In this document: positions 30,075 through 40,284 of the stretch, one piece after another
Numbering within the stretch: position 1 is the first letter of the stretch
How the letters are laid out: each line of letters begins with the position of its first letter
Source of the DNA: Leptolyngbyaceae cyanobacterium
GTDB lineage: Bacteria; Cyanobacteriota; Cyanobacteriia; Phormidesmidales; Phormidesmidaceae
Reading direction: 5' to 3'
Length of the DNA: 64,000 nt
Assembly (NCBI GenBank): GCA_965263355.1
Contig: CBDHHL010000056.1
Span: 1,216,001-1,280,000 of the forward strand
The notes under the pieces: generated by a model
Databases searched by the model: none
The model's input: only the letters and a program-made list of their open reading frames with translations
What the model was told of the DNA's origin: nothing
Made by a program: the position numbers and the translations under genes

Positions 30075-30725
30075 TCACTGACTAAATTGCTCAATCAACC
30101 AACGGTTAATGGCTCCATCATCATCTGACCGGCCTCGCTGTAAAGCCTTTTCCACTGTTTCAATGGCTAGACCTGGCAATGCTTTAGAACGCCTAATCTC
30201 AGCACTACCACCATCTGCAACTGAAAAAGCGATTACTTTGCTGATAGCTACATTGATCACCCAGTACTCACTAACTCCCAGGCGTTCAAATAACAAACGC
30301 TTACTACCTAAATCCTCACTAAGACTGGTAGAGGCAATTTCAATCACTAGTTGAGGTGCTTTATAGATATCCACATTAACTGGCTCATTATTGCGGGGTG
30401 GAAATCGAATATCTTTACCTAAATAAAATGCCAGATCCGGCTGAGAGTCGCGCAGCCCAGACTTGCGAAACGTACAATTTATATATTCTGCAACACGAAT
30501 CATCTTGAATGTGGCAAATAAACTAACCACCTTGGATAAAATCGCATTGTCTCTGGCATGACTGGGACCTAAGGGTGCCATCTCAATTCGCATTTCTCCT
30601 GAATCGTAGTAGCACCGAGCTTTTTCATAGGCTGGACTATCTACAACCGCTATGTACTCATCCCAAGTTGCCTGAACCCAGGTGTCAGTCGGAATATTTT
30701 TGGGAGTAGGTACAGCACTAACCAT
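30075..30725 (-). CDS. Uma2 family endonuclease
   Basis: QPDLAFY, PQLVIEIA, LGVSEYWV. Confidence 0.9.
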   Translation of the reverse strand: MVSAVPTPKNIPTDTWVQATWDEYIAVVDSPAYEKARCYYDSGEMRIEMAPLGPSHARDNAILSKVVSLFATFKMIRVAEYINCTFRKSGLRDSQPDLAFYLGKDIRFPPRNNEPVNVDIYKAPQLVIEIASTSLSEDLGSKRLLFERLGVSEYWVINVAISKVIAFSVADGGSAEIRRSKALPGLAIETVEKALQRGRSDDDGAINRWLIEQFSQ

Positions 30726-30824
30726 GGCTAAGGCTTTCTAAGCACGTTACTGAACTCTAGTATATCTGGCGTCTCAAACACCCAATCTAGAGGAATACAG
30801 ATGATAAAAATCAAGCCTAAAACC

Positions 30825-30843
30825 CTCAGCTTGGGAAGCTGAG
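30825..30843 (-). repeat. tRNA-Gly(CCC) anticodon stem-loop-like core site
   Basis: Minus strand reads CTCAGC-TTCCCAA-GCTGAG. Confidence 0.55.
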
Positions 30844-31003
30844 CATCAGCAGGTCGAGTGCCGGTGAACTATTTGCGATCGCTAGGGGAAATCTGCCATC
30901 AAATTTGCAGTGGGTGTAAATTCACTTGATTCTTGCCTGGGTGTAATTTGGGTGTAATAAAGTTTTTTAGCCTCTGTAAGTATTGCTATAAAAGGATCTA
31001 ATT

Positions 31004-31050
31004 GCTGATTTGTAATCAGCCGGTCGTCCGTTCGAGTCGGATCACCAGCT
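31004..31050 (+). mobile_element. att site: 3' fragment of tRNA-Thr(TGT) including the full anticodon arm
   Basis: GCTGA TTTGTAA TCAGC CGGTC GTCCG TTCGAGT CGGAT CACCAGCT; no D arm upstream; GGGTGTAA repeats at 30912, 30939, 30950 and GGGGTAAA at 31180, 31193. Confidence 0.92.
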
Positions 31051-31252
31051 TTCTAGAAAAATCAATAATTTCCCCGACTGGGCAAAGCTTTTGGGCGTTG
31101 TCCAATCGGCGCTTTAGCGCACCCTCTGAAAACACGTTGGACATTTTTGGGTCAGTTTAGACAGGTTGGTCGGTCGATTGGGGTAAAAAAATGGGGTAAA
31201 TCGCTACTATTAAGTAGAACGCTAGTTCTACTATTGGAGTGCATGATTATGT

Positions 31253-32371
31253 ATGCCAGATCGTCCCGTCGGAAATCCTCAGGGGGAACCGTCTATGACT
31301 AAAGCCCAGGCGGGGTATGTAACGGTGTATCAGCCAGGAGATGTGCTGGTGCCGATACAGGATTATAAAAAACAAGGATTGCTGAAGGGACAGCAGTATA
31401 AGGTGGTTTCGGTTGACCGAGAAAATCAGCGGCTAGTAGTCGAGACAACCGGTGGTCAGGTGATGGGAGTTGATCCATGGCGATGTCCGTTGAAGTCGGT
31501 GTATGTGGGACAGGAGGTTCAGGTAGCTATTGGCGATCAGCTGCGATGGACTAAAAATAACCGAGCACATAAACGCCACAATGGTCAGCGGTTTACGGTT
31601 CAGCATATGGGGGCCGATGGCCTCGCTCAGATTATTGATAGTGAAGGGAACGCGCAACAGATAAGTCTTAGTGGTCAGCAGTATGTGGATTATGCCTGGG
31701 TCAGTACGACCTAGGGCAGTCAGGGCAAAACAGCGGATCGGGTGATGGCTTTGATGGATAGCACGACGACAAATCGGGAATCTTTCTATGTGACAGTGTC
31801 TCGTGCCAAGCATTGTTTGGCGCTATATACAGCTAATAAAATAGAGCTAGCGCAGTGGGCTGAGGTGTCGAAGGCGAAGGAAAGGGAGGTAGTTAGTTCA
31901 CCTGAAGATCCTTACAGCACCTTTCCAATTACTAAGCAGCCTGTAACCACGACAATTACAACAGAGCTATCAGCACAGGAACAGTCTATTGTTCCTAATG
32001 AGAGTCCTCATCCAGAAATTGGTCAGCTTAGAACTGAACCTCCGCTCCCTGAATCAGATTCTCAGCCATCAGCGAAACAGAAGTACGTCGCCCTTTGGCA
32101 GCGGTATAGTCAAGGGCTGACAGTTAGTGCTCCTGTAAATATAGATCTCCAGGTTGCACAGCGAGCTTTGAAGGATAGACAGGCTCGGAAGGATATTGCG
32201 TTAATGCTCTCGGCGGGTAGTCCTATAGTGCGGCGAATTATTCAGGCTCAGGGTAAACAACCAGCGATGCTCTATGTGAATCAGATGGTTCGGAAAATTA
32301 TTAGCCATCAGCCGACGCCAAAAACTCGGTTGCATCAACTGAGGCGTGGTCGGCAAATGGAGTTGAATTGA
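31253..32371 (+). pseudogene. C-terminal remnant of a MobF/TrwC relaxase-helicase with in-frame stop
   Basis: GDQLRWTKN, DYAWVSTT*GSQGKTADRV, FYVTVSRAK RecD-like helicase motifs; TAG at 31712-31714; N-terminal relaxase domain absent. Confidence 0.85.
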
Positions 32372-33440
32372 TGGGTAACTGGACAGTAAAGGTACTCCCC
32401 TGGCCAGGTTGAGAAGTAACTGAAATGCTGCCGTTGTGAGCTTCAACAATCTGACGACTTAGGTGTAGTCCTAGCCCACTACCGGCACGGTTGTGACTAC
32501 CTTGATGAAAGCTATGAAACAAATCAGTTTGTTCTGTTAAGTTCATACCGATACCTGTATCGGAAACACTGGTAATAACAGTGTTTTCTTGCTCTCCACA
32601 TTTCAGTTCGAGAGTAACTTTTCCTGTGTCTGTGAATTTGATGGCATTACTAATCAAATTTGAAAAGACTCGACGGAGTTCTAAACGGGAGCCTGATATA
32701 TGAATGTCGTCAAGTTCTATTATGAATACCAGGTTTTTCTCATCTGCCAATGGTTTGAGGTCTTGCATTGCTTCAACAATGATTTCTTTAAGACTGATAT
32801 CGGTGAAGTTAAGCTGTTTGCGTCCTGCTTCGTAACGATAGACCTCCAGCAATGTGTTAGCAAGTTGAATAAGATGGTCGTTATTAATCCAGAGAAGTTG
32901 GATAGCTTCTTGCGCTTCGGAAGGAAGTACACCAAAGCCTTCTTGTTTTAGAAGCTCCAGCATTCTTTCTGCTGCAACCAACGGTGTTCTGAGATCATGA
33001 GTTAGACGAGAGACAAAGTCTTCTCGTTGTCGGACCATATGAGCTTGGGCATCAATACTATGTTTGAGACGCAGTAAGCACCTCACTCGGGCAAGCAGCT
33101 CATCAATTTCTACTGGTTTTCGGATAAAGTCATCGGCTCCGGCATCCAAACCTTCAACTACATCAGATTGTTGCTGTGCTGTAATGAGAAGTATGGGGAT
33201 ATAGTTTGAGCCTTGTTTTTTTCGAATTTGATGAGTCAGTTCTACACCATCCATGACTGGCATCATGACATCTGAGATAACAAGATGGGGAGGTGATTGC
33301 ATTAATTTTTCTAGAGCAGCTTGACCATTACTCGCTGTTTCAATCTGATACTGCTTTAACTCTAAAACGGCCTCGATAAACTGCAAGTTCTCTGCAGAAT
33401 CATCAACAACTAAAATACGATCACACTCCGACTCAATCAT
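32301..33440 (-). CDS. Hybrid sensor kinase (REC-HisKA-HATPase)
   Basis: VVDD, DVMMP, THDLRTP, NAIKF, GSGLGL. Confidence 0.93.
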   Translation of the reverse strand: MIESECDRILVVDDSAENLQFIEAVLELKQYQIETASNGQAALEKLMQSPPHLVISDVMMPVMDGVELTHQIRKKQGSNYIPILLITAQQQSDVVEGLDAGADDFIRKPVEIDELLARVRCLLRLKHSIDAQAHMVRQREDFVSRLTHDLRTPLVAAERMLELLKQEGFGVLPSEAQEAIQLLWINNDHLIQLANTLLEVYRYEAGRKQLNFTDISLKEIIVEAMQDLKPLADEKNLVFIIELDDIHISGSRLELRRVFSNLISNAIKFTDTGKVTLELKCGEQENTVITSVSDTGIGMNLTEQTDLFHSFHQGSHNRAGSGLGLHLSRQIVEAHNGSISVTSQPGQGSTFTVQLPINSTPFADHASVDATEFLASADG

Positions 33441-33444
33441 AAAT

Positions 33445-34194
33445 TTAATTGATACATATAGTTCTAGGCAATGTCAGTTGAACAAACCTCTCAGACTCAT
33501 CACCTTGAACTAAGATACTGCCTTCCAGGGTAGTTAGCAGGGCTCTGATTGCTGCTAGCTCTAGCGTAAAGCTATGGGAATCGTGTAATTGACTGTCTAT
33601 CTGAAGTGTTTGTAAAAGACACAAATGTTCAATTGGATAGGTTGCTGGTAGCAAGATGCATAGAGACCAGCTTTTTGAATGACCTACAACCCTTGCAGTG
33701 TAAGCGTTTGCTATTGAGACAGGCTGAGTAATCTGGTGCAATACTTTCGTTAGGAGCTGATACAAATGGTTGCGCTCACATATCACATCCGTCTGCTCCA
33801 TCTCCCAAGTCAGGTTAAAGACGACAGCTTGCTCCTCCAACATAGTCTGTACATTAGTCACAATGTCTGGAAGTAATTGCTTGAGAGCAATGTGTGAAAG
33901 AAAGAGTGGACTTTGGGTTGTTTCTAGCTGAGCTACCTGCAGACAGGTGTCGACACGATTCAATAAATATCTATTTTGCTCCAAAATATTTTCTACAAGC
34001 GCCATTTGTTTGGGCGATAGCGATCCAGAATATTGACGCTGTAATAGCTGAGATAGCTGAATAGCAATGCTTAATGGCTGTCTAAGTTCATCAGATAGTA
34101 TCGATAATAAGCCTGAAAGATCAGCCATGTGAAGCGCCTTCTGGCTAGAGGAGCTGTCTTTCTCTATGCTGGCAGTTGCGAAAACCGGTGCCAT
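33445..34194 (-). CDS. Degenerate histidine kinase-like protein (pseudo-HK)
   Basis: LSDELRQPL in place of SHELRTPL; eroded N, G1 and G2 boxes. Confidence 0.7.
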   Translation of the reverse strand: MAPVFATASIEKDSSSSQKALHMADLSGLLSILSDELRQPLSIAIQLSQLLQRQYSGSLSPKQMALVENILEQNRYLLNRVDTCLQVAQLETTQSPLFLSHIALKQLLPDIVTNVQTMLEEQAVVFNLTWEMEQTDVICERNHLYQLLTKVLHQITQPVSIANAYTARVVGHSKSWSLCILLPATYPIEHLCLLQTLQIDSQLHDSHSFTLELAAIRALLTTLEGSILVQGDESERFVQLTLPRTICIN

Positions 34195-34341
34195 TGATTC
34201 TTCTCTCCTGCAGCTACTTCTAAAAGTCGTTAAATAACGTTAGAGCTTTCTTTAGACTATGGCCTAATATAAGCATCTGTGCATCGACCGTAAGGTCTAT
34301 TTCCTAGTGCCTAATCCAGGTTCAGCAAAAGGTTATCTGTT

Positions 34342-35049
34342 ATGCCGTCGATCCGTATTGCCATTATCGAAGACCATGACTTGACTCGTATTGGTTTACG
34401 GACAACGCTACAGCAGCAAGATGGTTTGGAAGTCTTGGGAGAAGCGGCAGATGCCTCAACAGGGTTGCAGCTTTTGAAGGAGCTAAAGCCGGATGTAGCT
34501 ATTGTGGATATTAATTTGCCAGATGCGGATGGGATTGCTGTGACTCAACAGTTGCGGACACTACAGGCAAAGGAGCCAGAGTTTACCACCCGAGTGCTGA
34601 TTTTGACGATGCATGAAAATCCAGAGCGGGTGCTGGCGGCGTTTGCAGCAGGGGCTGACTCCTACTGTGTCAAAACGATTAAGACACCCATGTTAGTGGA
34701 GGCGATTCAAACGACGTTTGAGGGGCATGGTTGGATTGACCCGACGATTGCTGACATCGTGCTGAGCCAGGTGCGGCAAGAAGGCTCTAATCTGGTGGCG
34801 ACGGATATCAGCATCCATGGGCTGACGGAAGATGAGGTGGCTTCTATCGGTGAGAATAAGCTGACCAAGCGTGAATTGGATGTACTAGAGCTGATTGTGG
34901 CCGGGTACAGCAATACTGAAATTGGGGAAAAGCTATTTTTAAACTTGGGGACGGTCAAAACCCATGTGCGTAATATTTTGAGTAAACTCGCAGCTAGCGA
35001 TCGCACCCAGGCTGCTGTTAAAGCATTGCGTTCAGGCTTAGTTAAATAA
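34342..35049 (+). CDS. NarL/LuxR family response regulator
   Basis: IEDH, VDINLP receiver; LTKRELDVL...TVKTHVRNILSKL HTH. Confidence 0.95.
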   Translation: MPSIRIAIIEDHDLTRIGLRTTLQQQDGLEVLGEAADASTGLQLLKELKPDVAIVDINLPDADGIAVTQQLRTLQAKEPEFTTRVLILTMHENPERVLAAFAAGADSYCVKTIKTPMLVEAIQTTFEGHGWIDPTIADIVLSQVRQEGSNLVATDISIHGLTEDEVASIGENKLTKRELDVLELIVAGYSNTEIGEKLFLNLGTVKTHVRNILSKLAASDRTQAAVKALRSGLVK

Positions 35050-35060
35050 GGGATAGTTGT

Positions 35061-36569
35061 TCAAGTGTCAGGTTCTTCAGCCACTAGCCCTTGACTGCCA
35101 AGAATACTTTGTAAGCCTTCCATCGGGTCACTGACCTGCAGGCCATAGCAAGTGATCTTAAACTCACGCATGGTCTTCTCAAAATCGCTGAGCCGCTTTT
35201 TAACCACACTGATGGACTTGCGCAGTTCAATTTGTCCATCAGTGTGGCGCTCCATATATCGCATCAGAATCAAATTATCAGCCAGGTAGGTAAACCCAGC
35301 GGATGTAGCCCGTGTATCCCCTGCCAATGTCTCAGTTTCGTTAATTAACAACACCGTAACGCCCATGTTGATCAAATATTTACAGAGAGCATGGAGTTGA
35401 GCGATTAAGTTTTCATCGGCCATTGAAACACTGTAGCCAGATACGCTATCAATCATGACAATGTGAACATCTCGTTCCTCAACTTCGTTACGGACAATAT
35501 TGGAAAATTCATCAGGCGTATACTGGAGTGGCTCAATTTTGGAGATGACCAAGGTTGCCTGGTCAATCATGGCTTGAGCCGGAATATTGATAGCGTTGCA
35601 GCGTTTCAAAATACTGGAAACTTCTTCCTCAAAGGTATAGACTACCGAGCGCTCCCCTCGTCCTGCTGCTTCTTTCATAAACTGGAGACCAATGGTGGTC
35701 TTTCCCACACCGCTGGGGCCACTAAATACCGAGACCGTTCCTCGCTCAATGCCTCCATGCAAGAGTTCATCCAATGCCGGGATACCTGAGGATATAGGCT
35801 GCTGATCAAACTCACGCTTGTGTAAACGGGGCAATAATCTGGGAAAGACCTGAATACCTTGATTGCTCAGACGGATAGAATGACTGCCATCTCGAAAATC
35901 TGAGGTGCGAAACTTAGTCACCCGCAATGACCGTCGATCATCATTTAATACCAGGGTAATGACGCCATCGCTAAGAAACTGCAAGTCATTGTCTGGCAGT
36001 TCAGCGCTATGTTCTGACGTAAACAAAACTGTAGATCCCTGATCCAGAAGAAACCGAGTCAGCGATAGAACCTGTTTACGAAACTGAAACAGATCCGCAG
36101 TCAAGTAGCGAAATTGGGTCATGGAGTCAATAAAGATTCGGTGTGGATGCAGTGACTCCACAGTTTCCATAATCGCTTTAGAGATGGGTTCCCGTTCTAC
36201 CTCTGAAGCTGAAAAAATGTCATAGGACTGAGTCTCGGTAAAAAACTTAGCATCCGGACTGAGATCGAGCACTTCAACATCGTTGAGATTAAGACCAATG
36301 TGTTCTCCACTGGCAAGGATTTGCTCCCCCGGTTCGCTGAGGGTAATCAGCAACGTTTTTTCCCCAGCCCGTACACCTGCTGCCAGGAAATGGATGCCCA
36401 ATGTGGTTTTGCCAGTGCCTGGGCCGCCTCTCACCAAATAGGCACGCTTTTGAATTAAGCCGCCCTGGAGGATTTCATCCAAACCAGGTATACCAGTTGA
36501 TAACCTGGGAGTATCAAGGTTGCCAGAGGGAGTATCCACCATAGCACTACGGTTACAGCGTAAGGTCAT
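35061..36569 (-). CDS. KaiC-like tandem RecA-fold ATPase (non-clock type)
   Basis: Two Walker A motifs (GGPGTGKT, GPSGVGKT); lacks the KaiC ST phosphosite pair. Confidence 0.88.
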   Translation of the reverse strand: MTLRCNRSAMVDTPSGNLDTPRLSTGIPGLDEILQGGLIQKRAYLVRGGPGTGKTTLGIHFLAAGVRAGEKTLLITLSEPGEQILASGEHIGLNLNDVEVLDLSPDAKFFTETQSYDIFSASEVEREPISKAIMETVESLHPHRIFIDSMTQFRYLTADLFQFRKQVLSLTRFLLDQGSTVLFTSEHSAELPDNDLQFLSDGVITLVLNDDRRSLRVTKFRTSDFRDGSHSIRLSNQGIQVFPRLLPRLHKREFDQQPISSGIPALDELLHGGIERGTVSVFSGPSGVGKTTIGLQFMKEAAGRGERSVVYTFEEEVSSILKRCNAINIPAQAMIDQATLVISKIEPLQYTPDEFSNIVRNEVEERDVHIVMIDSVSGYSVSMADENLIAQLHALCKYLINMGVTVLLINETETLAGDTRATSAGFTYLADNLILMRYMERHTDGQIELRKSISVVKKRLSDFEKTMREFKITCYGLQVSDPMEGLQSILGSQGLVAEEPDT

Positions 36570-36608
36570 CTATAACTATAGTTATCTATTGACCCAGTCG
36601 AATCATCT

Positions 36609-37733
36609 ATGCACAGGATATTGCTGTTAATTCAGCATCATAAAAATTATCAGCTTCTATCCGATTTCTTGGCTAAAGATTATGACGTTTTGCCTGCGGA
36701 GCCTCTAACGGATAGTGACAAACCTGCTCTGAATGGTCGTGATTTTGATCTGTGTCTGGTGGATGGCACCACATTAAATCAGGTATTGCCATGGTTGACA
36801 AAGACTCGTGCGGAGGTTGCTCCCCTTTGGTTACCCGTACTTTTAGTGCTGCCAAAGGGAAAAGCGGACCAGGTAAGTCATCAATGCTGGCAGAGCGTAG
36901 ATGAAATCATTGCCACACCGATTGAAAAGGTAGAACTGATGACTCGCATAGGCATGTTGTTAAAGGTCCATCAGCTATCACAAGACTTACTAGAAGCGAA
37001 TCAGGTTCTGCAGCAGCGGAATGAACAGCTACAGGAACTCAACCGACTAAAGTCTCAGTTTGTATCCATGGTTTCCCATGAGTTTCAGAATCCATTAGGG
37101 ACGGTTTCCGGTTTTTTACAGCTATTATCTCGGCAAGGGGACGAATTAGCTTTACCTAAGCGGCAGGAGTACCTTGCAAAAGCCCAGGCTACTCTCAAGC
37201 ACCTCAAGGCACTGGTCAACGACGTGTTGATTATTGGTCGGGTCGGTGTCGGCAAACTAAAATTTGAGCCAGCTACTACACATCTGATCGAGCTTTGTCA
37301 GACTCTGATGGAAGAAGTGCGATTTAATATGGCACAGTCTCGAACTATAGAATTTTCGGTTGTACCTGGATTTGAGAAAACGTTATCTGCAATAATGGTA
37401 GATAAAAACCTCTTAAGACAAATTGTGACGAATTTATTGACTAATGCTCTCAAATACTCTCCACAAGATTGCCCAGTAAGGTTTTCTTTAGGGTGTCAGG
37501 AAGGGACAATTAGTTTACGCATTCAAGATCATGGGATTGGTATTCCTGAAGAGGAACAGAAACGGCTGTTTGAGCCATTCTATCGAGCGTCTAACGTTAG
37601 TTCACAGCCAGGGACAGGATTAGGCCTGGCGATTACCCAGCAATGTGTGGAACTACATGGGGGAGTGATTACATTCACGAGTGATCTACAAGCAGGAACA
37701 ACATTTGAAGTCCGTTTGCCGCTCCTAACTTAG
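36609..37733 (+). CDS. Histidine kinase with atypical N-terminal receiver
   Basis: SHEFQNP, NALKY, DHGIG, GTGLGL. Confidence 0.9.
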   Translation: MHRILLLIQHHKNYQLLSDFLAKDYDVLPAEPLTDSDKPALNGRDFDLCLVDGTTLNQVLPWLTKTRAEVAPLWLPVLLVLPKGKADQVSHQCWQSVDEIIATPIEKVELMTRIGMLLKVHQLSQDLLEANQVLQQRNEQLQELNRLKSQFVSMVSHEFQNPLGTVSGFLQLLSRQGDELALPKRQEYLAKAQATLKHLKALVNDVLIIGRVGVGKLKFEPATTHLIELCQTLMEEVRFNMAQSRTIEFSVVPGFEKTLSAIMVDKNLLRQIVTNLLTNALKYSPQDCPVRFSLGCQEGTISLRIQDHGIGIPEEEQKRLFEPFYRASNVSSQPGTGLGLAITQQCVELHGGVITFTSDLQAGTTFEVRLPLLT

Positions 37734-38225
37734 GAATGCCATATGGTCAAATAGATTGCCATTAATTCTTGATGACTCATATTTTGCCAGGGTGATGATG
37801 GTTGTGTCCTTCTCTTGGCGGAAAACATATTGATTTTTTTCTTCGGTGCAAGACCTTTGCCTAAGGTTAAGATGTTTAGGGATTTACTATTGCTCAAAAA
37901 AGAGTTTTGGCGACATAGTTTCCCGCGTTTTCGAGATAGAGACTTCCGATGTGTTTGCATAGTTTCAACAGGCTTATGACTCCGAGGGAAAATGGTCTTA
38001 GCATTAGTTTTTAGAGTCAGATGGCGAGCAAAGAACATCTTTGGATAACCTCACTTATGAAGAAACTCCCGCTTCCAGATATAGAAGCGGGACATTGTAG
38101 GCAAATAACAATCTGTCTCTGAAGGCTAGCTTCAAGCATAAGTGTAGTAGAACATAAATGGATTGACTTAACCTGCCATAAAAACTGACCTAAAATGCCA
38201 ATAGTCTCTAATATGGCTACCGTCA

Positions 38226-39239
38226 TTGGAAAACATTTATTATTCTGTCTCAGTTAAACTGGTTCAAGGCATTTTAGCTGCAGCCGAGTTAATGGAATTG
38301 CCAGCGGAAGAACTGCTTGCTGCCATTGGGCTTTCTACAACATCAGTCACCAATACTGATGAACGATTACCCCATAGTCAGTTTGTTGCTCTCTGGCGTG
38401 AAATTGCCCATCGTAGCCAAGACCCGGCTATTGGTGTGCGGCTAGCTGAGTTAACTAAACTAGAAACCTTTAATGTGACTGGCTATGCCATGAGCCATAG
38501 CCCTACCCTGGGGAGTGCTTTACGACGATTAATACGCTACAGCAGATTACTCTATGAGGGCATGGCCTTTGGTCTTTCAGTCGAACCTGAGCTGGCTACA
38601 TTGAATTATCAAGTGGTTAATGCAGCCTTACCACTCCCAGCGGTAAGTGTTGGCTGGACCCTGGCTAATATCGTACTTTGGGCCAGACGTAGTCTAGGTT
38701 GCGACTTGCCATTGATACAAGTAACGTTTCAACAACCGCCTTTGGCTGATAGTGCTGCCTATCGACAATTTTTTCAAGCTGAGCTGGTATTTAACAACGA
38801 GGCCAATGCGATCTGTTTCCATCCGACTTGGCTGGATCAGCCCTTACCTAATGCCGATTCGGGTCTCTGTGACTTGCTTGAAGGCTATGCTGAATCCTTA
38901 TTACTAAAGCTGCCACAGCCTGAAAGCTTTGTGACTCAATTACAGAACCTGATAGCGAAGGAATTGAGGGGACGTGAGCCCAAGCTGGATGCGATCTCAA
39001 CTCGTATGGGCTATTCTCCCCGCACACTTCAGCGCAAACTACAACAGGCGGGCACGTCGTTCAATAAGGTATTAGACGATATCCGGCGAACCCTAGCCTT
39101 TCAGTATCTGAAGGAAACTGCCCTTACAGCTAGCGAAATTGCCTTTCTACTGGGCTTTTCAGACAACAGTGCCTTTAATCGAGCCTTTCGCCGTTGGACA
39201 GGGACAACACCTGGTGAATATCGCAGGAAATCTTCTTAA
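38226..39239 (+). CDS. AraC family transcriptional regulator
   Basis: SPRTLQRKL and IAFLLGFSDNSAFNRAFRRWTG. Confidence 0.93.
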   Translation: MENIYYSVSVKLVQGILAAAELMELPAEELLAAIGLSTTSVTNTDERLPHSQFVALWREIAHRSQDPAIGVRLAELTKLETFNVTGYAMSHSPTLGSALRRLIRYSRLLYEGMAFGLSVEPELATLNYQVVNAALPLPAVSVGWTLANIVLWARRSLGCDLPLIQVTFQQPPLADSAAYRQFFQAELVFNNEANAICFHPTWLDQPLPNADSGLCDLLEGYAESLLLKLPQPESFVTQLQNLIAKELRGREPKLDAISTRMGYSPRTLQRKLQQAGTSFNKVLDDIRRTLAFQYLKETALTASEIAFLLGFSDNSAFNRAFRRWTGTTPGEYRRKSS

Positions 39240-39250
39240 AACAAAGGCAT

Positions 39251-39268
39251 ATCATCCAAATGGATGAT
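39251..39268. promoter_or_regulatory. Palindromic operator ATCATCC-N4-GGATGAT
   Basis: ATCATCC AAAT GGATGAT; recurs at 41513, 42512 and 43443. Confidence 0.7.
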
Positions 39269-39474
39269 GTGGTTTCCTAAAAATCATCCTTGCGATAGAT
39301 AGCATCTGAGAGTTTTAAAGGGTTGAATAAAATTCTGTCGATAGAGATAGGAAAGTCTTTCACAGATTCAAAACAGGTTATTTAAAGCTGTGTTACCTAG
39401 ATCAGTATCTCTATTTGATTTGACTTGATTTCTGTAACTGTTGGCGATTTACATTTCTGTAAAGGAGAAATGCG

Positions 39475-39663
39475 ATGGTTAACGCTAATGTTGGCACCAC
39501 TCATGGTTTTTGGGTTCAGGCAGGGACTCGAAATCATAAAGAGTTTTTCGTTCCGGAAGCACTTTATCAACTGATAAGTGTTGAGGCGTCTGGCTGGGCT
39601 TGGATTTGTCAAGATAATTCTACTTGCCATTTTATAGACCCTGACAACTTACGACAGTTGTAG
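39475..39663 (+). CDS. Small hypothetical protein
   Basis: AAGGAG RBS 5 nt upstream of ATG; downstream of an operator box. Confidence 0.5.
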   Translation: MVNANVGTTHGFWVQAGTRNHKEFFVPEALYQLISVEASGWAWICQDNSTCHFIDPDNLRQL

Positions 39664-39796
39664 TGTTTCAAGAAAAAGTCATGTGCTATGAATCACTTTT
39701 CACTATTCGTAGCAGAACAATCTTTACGTAAAGATTGATATTTCCCGGGATATCCTTAAACCAAATCTCATTTTTTATTTCGATGTGGGGAGAAAG

Positions 39797-40000
39797 ATGA
39801 AACGCTCACTTGCCTTTTTAATATTATTGTTCACGATGTTGCTATTGCCATTAACTGCCTGCAATTCGTCAGGTCAAGATGATTTAGATAATACTGCAGA
39901 GACAGAAGAAGTGCTGCCAGATTCACCAGATGAGTCAGCTGTGGACGAGGAAGTGCCTGGTGAAATTCCTGGTACTCCAGAAGATTCTTCTGCTGAGTAG
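39797..40000 (+). CDS. Small acidic lipoprotein
   Basis: MKRS..LTAC lipobox, acidic tail. Confidence 0.7.
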   Translation: MKRSLAFLILLFTMLLLPLTACNSSGQDDLDNTAETEEVLPDSPDESAVDEEVPGEIPGTPEDSSAE

Positions 40001-40014
40001 TCTATCACTAGATA

Positions 40015-40057
40015 ATGAGAGACAATCAAAATATCAGTCATTTTGATTGTCTCTCAT
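40015..40057. terminator. Perfect 18-bp inverted repeat
   Basis: ATGAGAGACAATCAAAAT-7nt-ATTTTGATTGTCTCTCAT just after the lipoprotein stop. Confidence 0.65.
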
Positions 40058-40284
40058 CATTAAAACTTATGGTGTTTCAGAAAAAAGTCAGCTATCAGCG
40101 TAAACGACGCAGGCTTCCATCTCGAAAGCGTCGTAAGTTTCGTCGATAAAAGTAACTGCAAGCATGGGTTTGATCAAATTGAGAAAGACTTTATATGGGA
40201 TGCATTCAACCATTGGTTTATCTCACAGACTTTGAATAAATCCTGTGTTTAAATCTCAATGCTTTTAGCTTTGGACATTTTTCT

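Noticed and set aside
30960..31050. Intact tRNA-Thr gene
   Set aside because: No GCTGGTG acceptor 5' strand or D arm upstream of the anticodon arm
35061..36569. Clock gene kaiC
   Set aside because: No ST phosphosite motif and no kaiA or kaiB neighbours
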